In this document: in pieces, positions 1 through 9,065 of the stretch
Layout: every line of letters starts with the position of its first letter
Numbering within the stretch: position 1 is the first letter of the stretch
Origin: Candidatus Sericytochromatia bacterium
GTDB taxonomy: Bacteria; Cyanobacteriota; Sericytochromatia; S15B-MN24; VGJW01
Reading direction: 5' to 3'
DNA length: 64,000 nt
NCBI GenBank assembly: GCA_035285865.1
Contig: JAYKHS010000005.1
Location: 32,001 to 96,000 of the forward strand
Notes under the pieces: model-generated
Told to the model about the DNA's origin: nothing
Databases searched by the model: none
Seen by the model: the letters and a program-made list of their open reading frames with translations, nothing else
Made by a program: the position numbers and the translations under genes

Positions 1-656
1 ATCCGGGGATTCGGGTCGAGGACCGCGTCGCCGAAGGGGACGAGGTTCCTGCGGGCACGGCCGTCGTGCGCCTGGAGGGACCCGCGCGGAGCGTCCTTGC
101 CGGCGAGCGTGTCGCGCTGAACCTGATGCAGCGGATGGCTGCCGTGGCGACTTTGACGCGGGCCTATGTGCGGCGCCTCGAAGGTTCACGGACCCGTCTG
201 CTGGACACCCGCAAGACCACGCCCGGCCTGCGTGCGCTCGAGCGTCATGCCGTGCGGGTCGGCGGTGGCCGGAACCATCGCTTCTGCCTGTCGGATGCCG
301 TGTTGATCAAGGACAACCACATCGCCGTGTGCGGCTCGATTGCCGAGGCCGTGCGTCGGGCCAAGGCCGGCCTGCCTCTGGCGGCTCCGATCGAGGTCGA
401 GGTGGAGACTTTGCCACAGCTTGAGGAGGCCGTGGCCGCAGGTGCGGACATGGTCATGCTGGACAACATGTCCGATGAACTGGTGGCTCAGGCCGTGGCG
501 CTTGCCGGCGGGCGGGTTCTGCTCGAGGCGTCGGGCGGCATCACGCTCGAGCGCCTCGCCGCATTGGGTCGGACCGGGGTGGACCACGTCTCGACTGGCG
601 CCATCACCCGCCAGGCAGGATTCCTCGACATCGCCCTGGATGTCGTGACTGGATGA
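1..656 (+). CDS. nadC: Nicotinate-nucleotide pyrophosphorylase (5'-truncated by window edge)
   Basis: Motifs [44 protein letters not shown]. Confidence 0.95.
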   Translation, partial: PGIRVEDRVAEGDEVPAGTAVVRLEGPARSVLAGERVALNLMQRMAAVATLTRAYVRRLEGSRTRLLDTRKTTPGLRALERHAVRVGGGRNHRFCLSDAVLIKDNHIAVCGSIAEAVRRAKAGLPLAAPIEVEVETLPQLEEAVAAGADMVMLDNMSDELVAQAVALAGGRVLLEASGGITLERLAALGRTGVDHVSTGAITRQAGFLDIALDVVTG

Positions 657-721
657 CAAGGCTTGGTGCCTTCTCCCGCGGCGTGGTATATGTAGCCTAG
701 CTTGTACTCCGGGAGGCATTC

Positions 722-886
722 ATGCTTTTCACTGTCGTCGCCATCATCGGCTGGATCATTCCTCTGCTGCTGCTCATCGTATCCACCGGGGCCCTGACCG
801 TGGTGCTCAGTGGCGTCATCAGCGTCGCGGATCAGGTCTTCAATCCCGGTTCTTCCCCCATCAAGGACGAGCCGGCGCACATTTAG
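722..886 (+). CDS. Small (54 aa) predicted membrane protein, absent from ORF track
   Basis: Hand translation MLFTVVAIIGWIIPLLLLIVSTGALTVVLSGVISVADQVFNPGSSPIKDEPAHI*; GGAGG just upstream of ATG; TGGTATAT extended -10-like element upstream; GC3-rich codons. Confidence 0.7.
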   Translation: MLFTVVAIIGWIIPLLLLIVSTGALTVVLSGVISVADQVFNPGSSPIKDEPAHI

Positions 887-980
887 CGCTTCGCGATTTT
901 CCTGGCCTCGCCCAACTAGGGCGGGGCCGATTGCTTTGGGACAAGTGGGCGATGTAGCCTTGGCTGTCGTATGCCCCTTC

Positions 981-1017
981 AAGAAAATAACCCCTCTTCC
1001 GTCTTGGGAAGAGGGGT
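981..1017 (-). terminator. Rho-independent terminator downstream of tRNA
   Basis: Stem ACCCCTCTTCC/GGAAGAGGGGT followed on minus strand by TATTTTCTT. Confidence 0.85.
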
Positions 1018-1026
1018 CGGTAACAG

Positions 1027-1101
<75 letters not shown>

Positions 1102-1105
1102 ACTT

Positions 1106-1134
1106 AGTCTAGCACCGGCCCTCTCCGAGCGCAA
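1106..1134 (-). promoter_or_regulatory. Sigma70-type promoter of tRNA-fMet
   Basis: TTGCGC-N17-TAGACT with TG extension. Confidence 0.7.
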
Positions 1135-1164
1135 GATGATCGGAGAATCAAGGGAAGATTTATT

Positions 1165-1821
1165 TCATGTTTCTCGCCAGGCATAGCCGCGACCAGGCAC
1201 ATTGCAGATGGTGCCCCCGAGCTCGCCCAGCCGCCTGCGCAGACGACTGACGTAGCGCTTGAGCAGGTCAGGAACGTGACAGTCCCGGTCTGCCCAGACG
1301 CGCCACGCCAGCTGTTCGTGGCTCATCACGCTTCCGCGACCGGAGAGGAGCGCTGCGGCGAGGCGTGCCTCGGTGGGCGTCAGCCGGACCAAGGGGCCAT
1401 TCGCGTGGGATAGCGTGCCCTCCCGAATGTCGAGACGCCAGGGACCCTGTGTCTGTGGCGCGTCACCGCAAGGCAGGCCTGTGACGGCTGATCGGGTCCC
1501 GCCTGCCCCGAAGCAGCGTCGCAGACGGACGCGGCATTCGTCCGGAGCCGCGTGAACCCTGTCCTCCATCATGCCGTCGAGGGCGCCTGCCTCAAGAAAT
1601 GTCGCCAGGCTCGTGAAGCCGGATGCGACGACGAAACGGGGGACGTGGATGCCCTTCTCCCTTTCACCGGCCCTGCAGACGTGGAGAACGGGCATCTCTG
1701 CCGATGGCTGGCCTGGGCCCGTGTCGGGCGTTAGCCAACGAAGGCCTTCTTCCTTCAGCAGCGCCTCGAGCAGGTTGCGTGTCGGCCCGGGTCGGGCGAT
1801 GAGCAGGACGGGCTGTTCCAT
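1165..1821 (-). CDS. OmpR/PhoB winged-helix regulator with degenerate receiver-like N-terminus
   Basis: C-terminal LTPTEARL..VMSHEQLAWRVW..YVSRLRRRL..ICNVPGRGY; start at MEQPVLL overlaps upstream stop. Confidence 0.8.
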   Translation of the reverse strand: MEQPVLLIARPGPTRNLLEALLKEEGLRWLTPDTGPGQPSAEMPVLHVCRAGEREKGIHVPRFVVASGFTSLATFLEAGALDGMMEDRVHAAPDECRVRLRRCFGAGGTRSAVTGLPCGDAPQTQGPWRLDIREGTLSHANGPLVRLTPTEARLAAALLSGRGSVMSHEQLAWRVWADRDCHVPDLLKRYVSRLRRRLGELGGTICNVPGRGYAWRET

Positions 1822-2426
1822 CAGCCGGCACTGTGGATGATGTGCAGGAGCTCCGACCGCACGCTCCCGTTCTCGCCTTCCTCGATTCTCAGCAGACCGA
1901 TGGCAGGATGGACCCAGCCCGTGAAGAGTGTCAGAGATTCCGCGCCCTCGGCATGGAAGGAGACCTTTCGGTACCGCAGGGGCTGGCCATCGATGACCTG
2001 CTCGCCTTCTCCCTGTTCGAGACGGCCCAGGATTCGAGGGCCCCGGTCCGAACCGGCGGGTTTTCGCGCGACCCATCGCTCCGATGTGCGTGCCGGCAGG
2101 TAGTCGAGCACGAGGGGGTTCCAATGGCCCGGTTGTGCCGGATTCTGCCAAGCCAGCGCAATGCCGTCCCGCGTGTGCACCATGCGCAGGACATCCTCGT
2201 GCGTGCCGGTCTGGACCGAGAACTCCGCGACCCTGCCGGTTCCGGTCGTGTGGTGACCTTTGCAGGTCCAGCGGCTGGTCCGGCCGTCCGCAAGGCGGTA
2301 GATCAGCATGGTGCCTGCCCTGGGCTCCATCGTGGGCACCGACACTTCGGCAGCGGCGGCTTGCGTCGGCGACCCGAGGAACAGACCGAGCATCACGACG
2401 GACCAGCGGAAGTAAGGACGAAGCAT
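1821..2426 (-). CDS. Hypothetical secreted protein
   Basis: Signal-peptide-like MLRPYFRWSVVMLGLFLGSPTQAAAA; stop overlaps next start. Confidence 0.65.
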   Translation of the reverse strand: MLRPYFRWSVVMLGLFLGSPTQAAAAEVSVPTMEPRAGTMLIYRLADGRTSRWTCKGHHTTGTGRVAEFSVQTGTHEDVLRMVHTRDGIALAWQNPAQPGHWNPLVLDYLPARTSERWVARKPAGSDRGPRILGRLEQGEGEQVIDGQPLRYRKVSFHAEGAESLTLFTGWVHPAIGLLRIEEGENGSVRSELLHIIHSAG

Positions 2427-2534
2427 GGCCCGAGGATGCCCCGGTCGACGGGCGTGGCCGTCGTGCGGCTTGGACAGGAATGCGCGGCAGTGGAAGACAC
2501 GCCCGGGCAACGACGGCCCTGCTACCATGGGTTC

Positions 2535-3950
2535 ATGCGCCCACCTCGCCTACGCTTTGCGCCTTCCCCTACCGGCTATCTCCATGTCGGTGGGGCGAGG
2601 ACCGCCCTGTTCAACTGGGCGCTTGCCCGCCGTCTTGGCGGCGTATTCGTCCTGCGCATCGAGGACACGGATCGCCAACGTTCCGAGCAGGCCTACGTGG
2701 ATGCCATTCTCGATGCCATGCGCTGGCTGGGTCTCGACTGGGATGAGGGGCCGCTCGTGGGCGGGCCACATGGTCCTTACTTCCAGATGGAGCGCCTGGA
2801 GCGCTATCAGGTGGCCGCCGAGCGCCTGCTGCAGACGGGGGCTGCCTACCGTTGCACCTGTCCTGCGCGGGAAGACGCCGAGACGACGGCGCCCGTGGCT
2901 TGTCCGTGCGTCGGCCTTGCCCTGCCGCCGGAGGCCGGAGGAGCCCTGCGTTTCCGCACGCCGGACGAGGGTCAGGTGACCTTCGGGGACATGATTCATG
3001 GAGACATGTCATTCCCGTGTGCCGACATCGAGGACTTCGTCCTTCTGAAGGCGGATGGGGTACCTACCTACAACTTCGCGGCCGTCGTGGACGATGCGTC
3101 CATGGACATCACCCACGTGGTCCGTGGAGACGACCATCTCTCCAACACGCCCAAGCAGGTGCTCGTCTACCGGGCACTGGGGCTCGGAGTGCCGGCATTT
3201 GCGCACATTCCCATGATCCTCGGGCCGGATCGCAAGCGTCTGTCCAAGCGGCACGGGGCTGTTTCGATCCAGCAGTTCCGCGAGGACGGCTATCTGCCCG
3301 AGGCCCTGACCAACTATCTGGCCCGCCTCGGCTGGGCGCACGGCGACATGGAGCTCTTCGATCTCGCCGAACTGGTGGCCGTCTTCGATCTGGAGGGCGT
3401 GGGCAAGGCACCGGCGGTCTTCGACTACGACAAGCTATCCTGGGTCCAGGCCTCGTGGCTGAAGCGGCTCGCTCCGGAAACGCTCACGCAGCGGGTCCTG
3501 CCTCTGATGAGGGATGCAGGACTGCCGGTCGATGGCGACGCGCCCGAACGGCTTGATGCCCTGATTCAGACCCTGGTTCCTCGTAGCGTCACCTTGCCCG
3601 ACCTGGTGAGCCAGGCGCGATTCTACTTCGATGTGCCCCTCGCGTGGGATGAAGCTTCCGTGGCCAAGGTCCTGGTTCCCGGAGTGGAGCCTGTGCTTCA
3701 GGCCCTGCGCGACCGGCTTTCCGGTCTGCACGACTGGGGACAGGCTGCTTTGGAGGAAGCCTTCCGCGGGCTTGCCCAGGACCTGGGCCTGAAGGCAGGA
3801 GCGGTCATTCAGCCGGCACGTGTGGCCCTCACGGGTCGGACAGCCTCTCCCGGGATGTTCGAACTTGCTGCCCTGATGGGCAAGGAGCTGGTTCTCCGCC
3901 GTCTTGAGGAGGCGCTGACTCGGGTTCCCGGGGTCGCGTTGCCCGGCTGA
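2535..3950 (+). CDS. gltX: Glutamate--tRNA ligase
   Basis: RFAPSPTGYLHVGG (HIGH), LRIEDTD, ITHVVRGDDH, LSKRHGA (KMSKS). Confidence 0.97.
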   Translation: MRPPRLRFAPSPTGYLHVGGARTALFNWALARRLGGVFVLRIEDTDRQRSEQAYVDAILDAMRWLGLDWDEGPLVGGPHGPYFQMERLERYQVAAERLLQTGAAYRCTCPAREDAETTAPVACPCVGLALPPEAGGALRFRTPDEGQVTFGDMIHGDMSFPCADIEDFVLLKADGVPTYNFAAVVDDASMDITHVVRGDDHLSNTPKQVLVYRALGLGVPAFAHIPMILGPDRKRLSKRHGAVSIQQFREDGYLPEALTNYLARLGWAHGDMELFDLAELVAVFDLEGVGKAPAVFDYDKLSWVQASWLKRLAPETLTQRVLPLMRDAGLPVDGDAPERLDALIQTLVPRSVTLPDLVSQARFYFDVPLAWDEASVAKVLVPGVEPVLQALRDRLSGLHDWGQAALEEAFRGLAQDLGLKAGAVIQPARVALTGRTASPGMFELAALMGKELVLRRLEEALTRVPGVALPG

Positions 3951-3953
3951 GGC

Positions 3954-4023
3954 TGCACCAGTAGCGCCAGGTTGCGCGTCGGGGCCCCTGCCAGTCTGGC
4001 GGGGGCCCTGGGGTTTGGGCGGG
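3954..4023 (+). repeat. 70-bp direct repeat copy 1 (contains GC hairpin)
   Basis: Identical to 4442-4511: TGCACCAGTAGCGCCAGGTTGCGCGTCGGGGCCCCTGCCAGTCTGGCGGGGGCCCTGGGGTTTGGGCGGG. Confidence 0.95.
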
Positions 4024-4112
4024 TGTGGATTGTAACTTGATGTGAAGTTTGATGCTTTCTTGATGGTGGGCTGTGGTCGGGCCAAGGTCATGTTTTTTCT
4101 GTGTTGGTTCTT

Positions 4113-4140
4113 GAAAGCCTGGTACGTCCGTTGCGGATAA
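4113..4140 (+). promoter_or_regulatory. Candidate sigma28 (FliA) promoter
   Basis: GAAAG-N15-GCGGATAA, same spacing as the sites before flgF and flgM. Confidence 0.55.
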
Positions 4141-4206
4141 GGGGAGTGTGGGGCAGGCGTGGCGCGGGTGGCGCCCGGTGCTCGTGGATTCGTAAGGAGA
4201 ACGACG

Positions 4207-4452
4207 ATGGCAACGCTCGGTTCGATTCATTCTCAGGGTGTGGCGACGACGCTGGCTGTATCGAGCTCGGTTCAGGACATCCTTGCCGAGATCGAGGCGA
4301 AGGCGAAGCAGGTCGGTCAGAAGAACGCCGACGGCAAGGAGTACACCCCTCAGGAGTTCCAGGCTTGGATCCTGTCGAAGCAGACTCAGCTGGACATGCT
4401 CTCGAAGCTGCTGAAGGCGGTCGAGGACGGCGTCCGGAAGATGCACCAGTAG
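4207..4452 (+). CDS. 81-aa helical protein resembling T3SS needle/rod (SctF/SctI-like) subunits
   Basis: Strong SD AAGGAGA, strongly biased codons; C-terminus PQEFQAWILSKQTQLDMLSKLLKAVEDGVRKMHQ; family call by eye only. Confidence 0.6.
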   Translation: MATLGSIHSQGVATTLAVSSSVQDILAEIEAKAKQVGQKNADGKEYTPQEFQAWILSKQTQLDMLSKLLKAVEDGVRKMHQ

Positions 4453-4511
4453 CGCCAGGTTGCGCGTCGGGGCCCCTGCCAGTCTGGCGGGGGCCCTGGG
4501 GTTTGGGCGGG
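4442..4511 (+). repeat. 70-bp direct repeat copy 2 (gene 3' end plus terminator-like hairpin)
   Basis: Identical to 3954-4023; includes CAC CAG TAG of the small ORF; lies between convergent genes. Confidence 0.95.
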
Positions 4512-4512
4512 G

Positions 4513-5310
4513 TCAGGAGTGGGCGGCGGAAAGGAAGCTGTCGAGGGCGGCCTCGAGGATCCGGCTGCGGGTGCTCGCGGCTTGTGCCGGCTTAGTCCAG
4601 AAGGCGGCCTCTACCACGTAGTGGGTGGTGTCCACGGAGACGATCCGGACTTCGGGAGCGGCTTCTTCGCTGGGGTCGATCTCCCGGATGATGGAGAGGA
4701 GACGGTCTTGGACCGTGCTGCTTGGGCGTGCGTGGGGGACGGGGATCGTCAGCACTTCGCGGCGCCGCTCCCGGGCGCCCGAGTTGACGATGGGGTTGGC
4801 AAGCAGTCGGGCATTGGGGACGAGGATGGAGGTGCCGTCCGCAGCCTGCAGCGTGGTGCTGCGGGTGGCGATGCGGGTCACGACACCCTCGATGTCACCG
4901 CTGCGGATACGCTGCCCGAGGCGGAAAGGTTGTCCCAGCATCAGCATGAGACCGGCGAGGTAGTTCTCGAGGATATCCTTGAGGGCAAAGCCGATGACGA
5001 CACCCGAGACGCCCAGACCCGTCATCACGTTGCTGAGTCCGAAGCCCCAGATGGTTGCCGTCACGGCCACGGCCAAGACAAGGCTTCCGGCATGAACCAC
5101 TTGGCCGAGGGGCAAGGCGGCTTCGGATCCCGGCAGAGCCCTGTTGACCGCATCCACAGTCAGTCGCCGCAGACGTCGCGCCAACCAGATGCCGGACAGC
5201 AGGACCAGGATGCCTGCCAGCAGACGGGGGGCAGCCTGCCACGAATGGGCGAACTGCTGATCCAGGGCCTGCCAGGCACTGCGAAACCAGATGGGCCAGG
5301 TGATGATCAC
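4513..5310 (-). CDS. mscS: Small-conductance mechanosensitive channel (MscS family)
   Basis: TM helices, IGFALKDILENYLAGL, PFRLGQRI, IATRSTT, VPNA. Confidence 0.9.
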   Translation of the reverse strand: MIITWPIWFRSAWQALDQQFAHSWQAAPRLLAGILVLLSGIWLARRLRRLTVDAVNRALPGSEAALPLGQVVHAGSLVLAVAVTATIWGFGLSNVMTGLGVSGVVIGFALKDILENYLAGLMLMLGQPFRLGQRIRSGDIEGVVTRIATRSTTLQAADGTSILVPNARLLANPIVNSGARERRREVLTIPVPHARPSSTVQDRLLSIIREIDPSEEAAPEVRIVSVDTTHYVVEAAFWTKPAQAASTRSRILEAALDSFLSAAHS

Positions 5311-5352
5311 GGCGAAGCGTCGAACCTCGGAGAAGTAAGGTGCAGGGCACCC

Positions 5353-5382
5353 AAGAAGAAGAGGGGCCCCGAAGGGCCCCTC
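5353..5382 (-). terminator. Rho-independent terminator
   Basis: GAGGGGCCC-TTCG-GGGCCCCTC followed by TTCTTCTT. Confidence 0.85.
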
Positions 5383-5494
5383 CGAACCTGGAGTCGACGA
5401 AAAGACGGCGTACGGCTTGACGTTTGCGGCGAAGAGACTGCGATGTGTACTGCTTCCAGGTCGAACCCACTTGCGCGGGGGTGGTCAAAGACCG
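5353..5494 (-). ncRNA. Candidate structured ncRNA or mscS leader/attenuator
   Basis: Upstream TTGCCC-N18-TACCCT; hairpins GGUC-UUU-GACC and CCCGC-GCAA-GUGGG; long-range stem CGACCUGGA/UCCAGGUUCG; terminator with UUCG loop. Confidence 0.5.
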
Positions 5495-5545
5495 GCTTCA
5501 GGGTAGCCCGGCCTCGCAGGACCGGGCAAGAAGCTGTAACAAAGC

Positions 5546-7015
5546 TTAATCGCTCCAGGTTGCCGTGGCAGGACCCCACTGGCCATCCGCCCCCTGGGCC
5601 TGAATGTAGGCCAGTTGGCGCGGACCCCGACCGGTGGCGACGAGGCTGCCTTCCGAAAGGATCTGCCCGGTGCCGGGGGTACCCTTCTGACCGCGGAAGA
5701 TCTCGATGCGTCGCGCGCCGGGTGCACTGACGCGGCCCCCGTCGACAACGACTTCGGGGCCGTTGATGGCTGCCGGCCGATCCGCCAGTTGCAGCAGGAG
5801 GCGTGCCCCGGGTTCGTTCTCGCGCCAGAATCGGGCAACCTCGCGATACGGCGGGTCGAAGCCATCGCCCCAGCTGCCGATCTCGGTCGTGTAGGACAGG
5901 ATGCCACGCGCACCGAAAGCCCAATCCGTCAGGTCTCCGCTGGTCCGGTACAGGTCCTTGGACTGCTGGGGCTTGTAGCCGCTGAGCTTGCCCAGCTTCT
6001 GGCCGACGGCGATCATTTCCTTGCTTGGGGGAGCTTCGTCGGTGTAGCCCCAAGGCCACAGAATCAGGTTGCTGAAGCTGTGGTAGGTCATCAGGAACGT
6101 GAATGGCCGAGAAGAGGCCAGCTTCATGACGGCTTGCGTCTCAGGTTCGCTGCCGGGCCCGGCGCCCCGGAAGGTGGGATCCTGAGGACGCGTGGAGGCG
6201 CCACCTTCACCCCAGTGGTGGGCGTAGTTCCGGTTCAAGTCGACGCCGGCACCATAGGGCCCCACGTCGAAGAACAGGTTCGTCGCGTTGGTGTTCTTGC
6301 GCCAGTCGTTGCCCAGGGCCGCCAGGGCGTGACCATCCGGATTGACCATGGGCACGATCCAGATGTCCAGGTTCTGGACTGCCGCTGTCATGGCCGGATC
6401 CTTGCCCTCCTGGTCCACGATCATGTGCGCGACGTTCAGGGAGATTTCGGGGGTGACGATTTCGCGGGCATGGTGGTTGCCCAAGTAGATGACACCGGGC
6501 TTGGCCGAGGCGTCGCCGCGCGAGACATGGAGGCCCCATATCCGGCGGTTGGCCTTGCCCTTGGTGGTCTCCCACGTCGGGCCAAGGTCGACGAGCTTGC
6601 AGATGTCGGGGCGAGATGCGGCCATCTTCCCGAGGTCCTCGAGCATGGTGTCGTAGGTGTGGTAGCCGGCGCCGAAGCTGTTATAGATTTGGGGACCGGT
6701 CTCGACTTGCACGGCGTCCGGGCGACGCCGCAGTTCGGTCAGCTGTGCCGGGGAGACCTGGCCGTAGGCGATGCCCCGCGCGCTGTCCACTCCCCAGACG
6801 TCCATGCCGGCGTCCACGAGGCGCGTCAGGTCGGCAGCGTTCTGATAACGATAGGAGACGATGGCCTCACGGCTGCCCGTGGAAAAGGCCTTCTCCAGAA
6901 CCTGAACGCCCCGTCCGCCCAGCGATGGGCCGCTGGCTCCGCCGAGGGCGCAACCAGCCAGAGTGGCTGCCACGCCCAAGGTTGCTGCGAGGCGCGTGAA
7001 CTTGTTCTGTCTCAA
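5546..7015 (-). CDS. M14 zinc carboxypeptidase (carboxypeptidase T-like) lipoprotein
   Basis: HHARE, NPDG, WRKN, GVDLNRN, SEPETQA, YHS motifs; lipobox LAGC; TTG start with GGAG. Confidence 0.92.
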   Translation of the reverse strand: MRQNKFTRLAATLGVAATLAGCALGGASGPSLGGRGVQVLEKAFSTGSREAIVSYRYQNAADLTRLVDAGMDVWGVDSARGIAYGQVSPAQLTELRRRPDAVQVETGPQIYNSFGAGYHTYDTMLEDLGKMAASRPDICKLVDLGPTWETTKGKANRRIWGLHVSRGDASAKPGVIYLGNHHAREIVTPEISLNVAHMIVDQEGKDPAMTAAVQNLDIWIVPMVNPDGHALAALGNDWRKNTNATNLFFDVGPYGAGVDLNRNYAHHWGEGGASTRPQDPTFRGAGPGSEPETQAVMKLASSRPFTFLMTYHSFSNLILWPWGYTDEAPPSKEMIAVGQKLGKLSGYKPQQSKDLYRTSGDLTDWAFGARGILSYTTEIGSWGDGFDPPYREVARFWRENEPGARLLLQLADRPAAINGPEVVVDGGRVSAPGARRIEIFRGQKGTPGTGQILSEGSLVATGRGPRQLAYIQAQGADGQWGPATATWSD

Positions 7016-7170
7016 GTCGAATCTCCGGATTGAACGGTTCTCCAAGATTAATCCCGAGATTGGTATTTGTAAATAGCCTGTTAAATTGGGTGCTCCGGAA
7101 TCCCATGCCCGGGCTATGGGTAGAATGGCGTGGATCCCCGTACTGCCGCGCCGGAGCCCGCGACCCGCCC

Positions 7171-8156
<986 letters not shown>

Positions 8157-8160
<4 letters not shown>

Positions 8161-9065
8161 CGCCCCGCGTCGAGGAAGGTTTGGCGCTGGCCCGCCGGAT
8201 CCGCAAGCTCAGCATCCGGACGGCTCGGCTCGTGCGGTCCCGTTATGGTGGTGCTTGGCACAGCGTCTTCAAGGGCCAGGGCATGACCTTCGACGAGGTG
8301 CGCGAGTATCAGGAGGGTGACGATCCCCGGCAAATCGACTGGAATGTCACGGCGCGCATGGATCGCCTGTACGTCAAGCGTTTCGTCGAGGAGCGCGAGC
8401 GGGCCGTGATTCTCATGGTCGATGTGTCCGCCAGCCTGGATTTCGGCTCCACGCCTGCTGGCACCAAGCGAGACCTTGCGGCACGGTTCGCGATGGCCAT
8501 CGCCCTTTCGGCCTCGGCCAGCCACGACAGGGTCGGTCTGCTGCTGTTCGCGGAGGATGTCGAGGCCTGGGTGCCGCCGCGTCGCGGCAGGGAGCACGCG
8601 ATGCGGGTGGTGCGGGTCCTGCTGGGGTGTCGACCCGTCACGCGGGGAACGGATCTCGCCGCTGCCATGCGCAGCCTCGGCCATGTCCTGCGCCAGCGCG
8701 CGACCATCTTCCTCGTTTCGGACTTCCTCAATCTGGACCTGGAGGCTGTCCGGCATCTCGGCCTGCGCCACGATCTCGTTGCCGTGAGCTTGTCCGACCC
8801 TGCAGAGTCCGAGTTGCCGCGCTCAGGTCCCGTGCGGGTGCGGGATCCCGAGACGGGTGATGCCCGTATCCTCGATCCCCGCAAGGCTGAGGTGCGCAAG
8901 CGCTACGCGGCTGCTGCGGCTGCGCGACGCATCCGACTCGAACAGGCCATCGCGCGTCTGCGGGTCGATGCCATCGACCTGAGTACCCAGGAGTCCGTGG
9001 TGCGTCCCCTGATGCGATTTTTCAGCCGGCGGGCAGGGCGCCGGATCCGGCGGAGGGGGGCATGA
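8157..9065 (+). CDS. DUF58 protein (MoxR partner)
   Basis: GMTFDEVREYQEGDDPRQIDWNVTAR, YVKRFVEERE, DVSASL. Confidence 0.92.

Noticed and set aside
1833..2534. N-terminal extension of gltX in the ORF track
   Set aside because: Overlaps a plausible minus-strand gene; homology and a leaderless promoter indicate start at 2535
3954..4511. CRISPR array or IS-end interpretation of the repeats
   Set aside because: Only two 70-bp direct copies, 488 bp apart; no spacers, cas genes or transposase
5353..5494. tmRNA, SRP or 6S identity for the structured RNA
   Set aside because: GGUUCGAC and GCAAAC are present, but there is no tRNA-like acceptor or terminated tag ORF, no SRP CAGG..AGCAG loop and no 6S-like single rod
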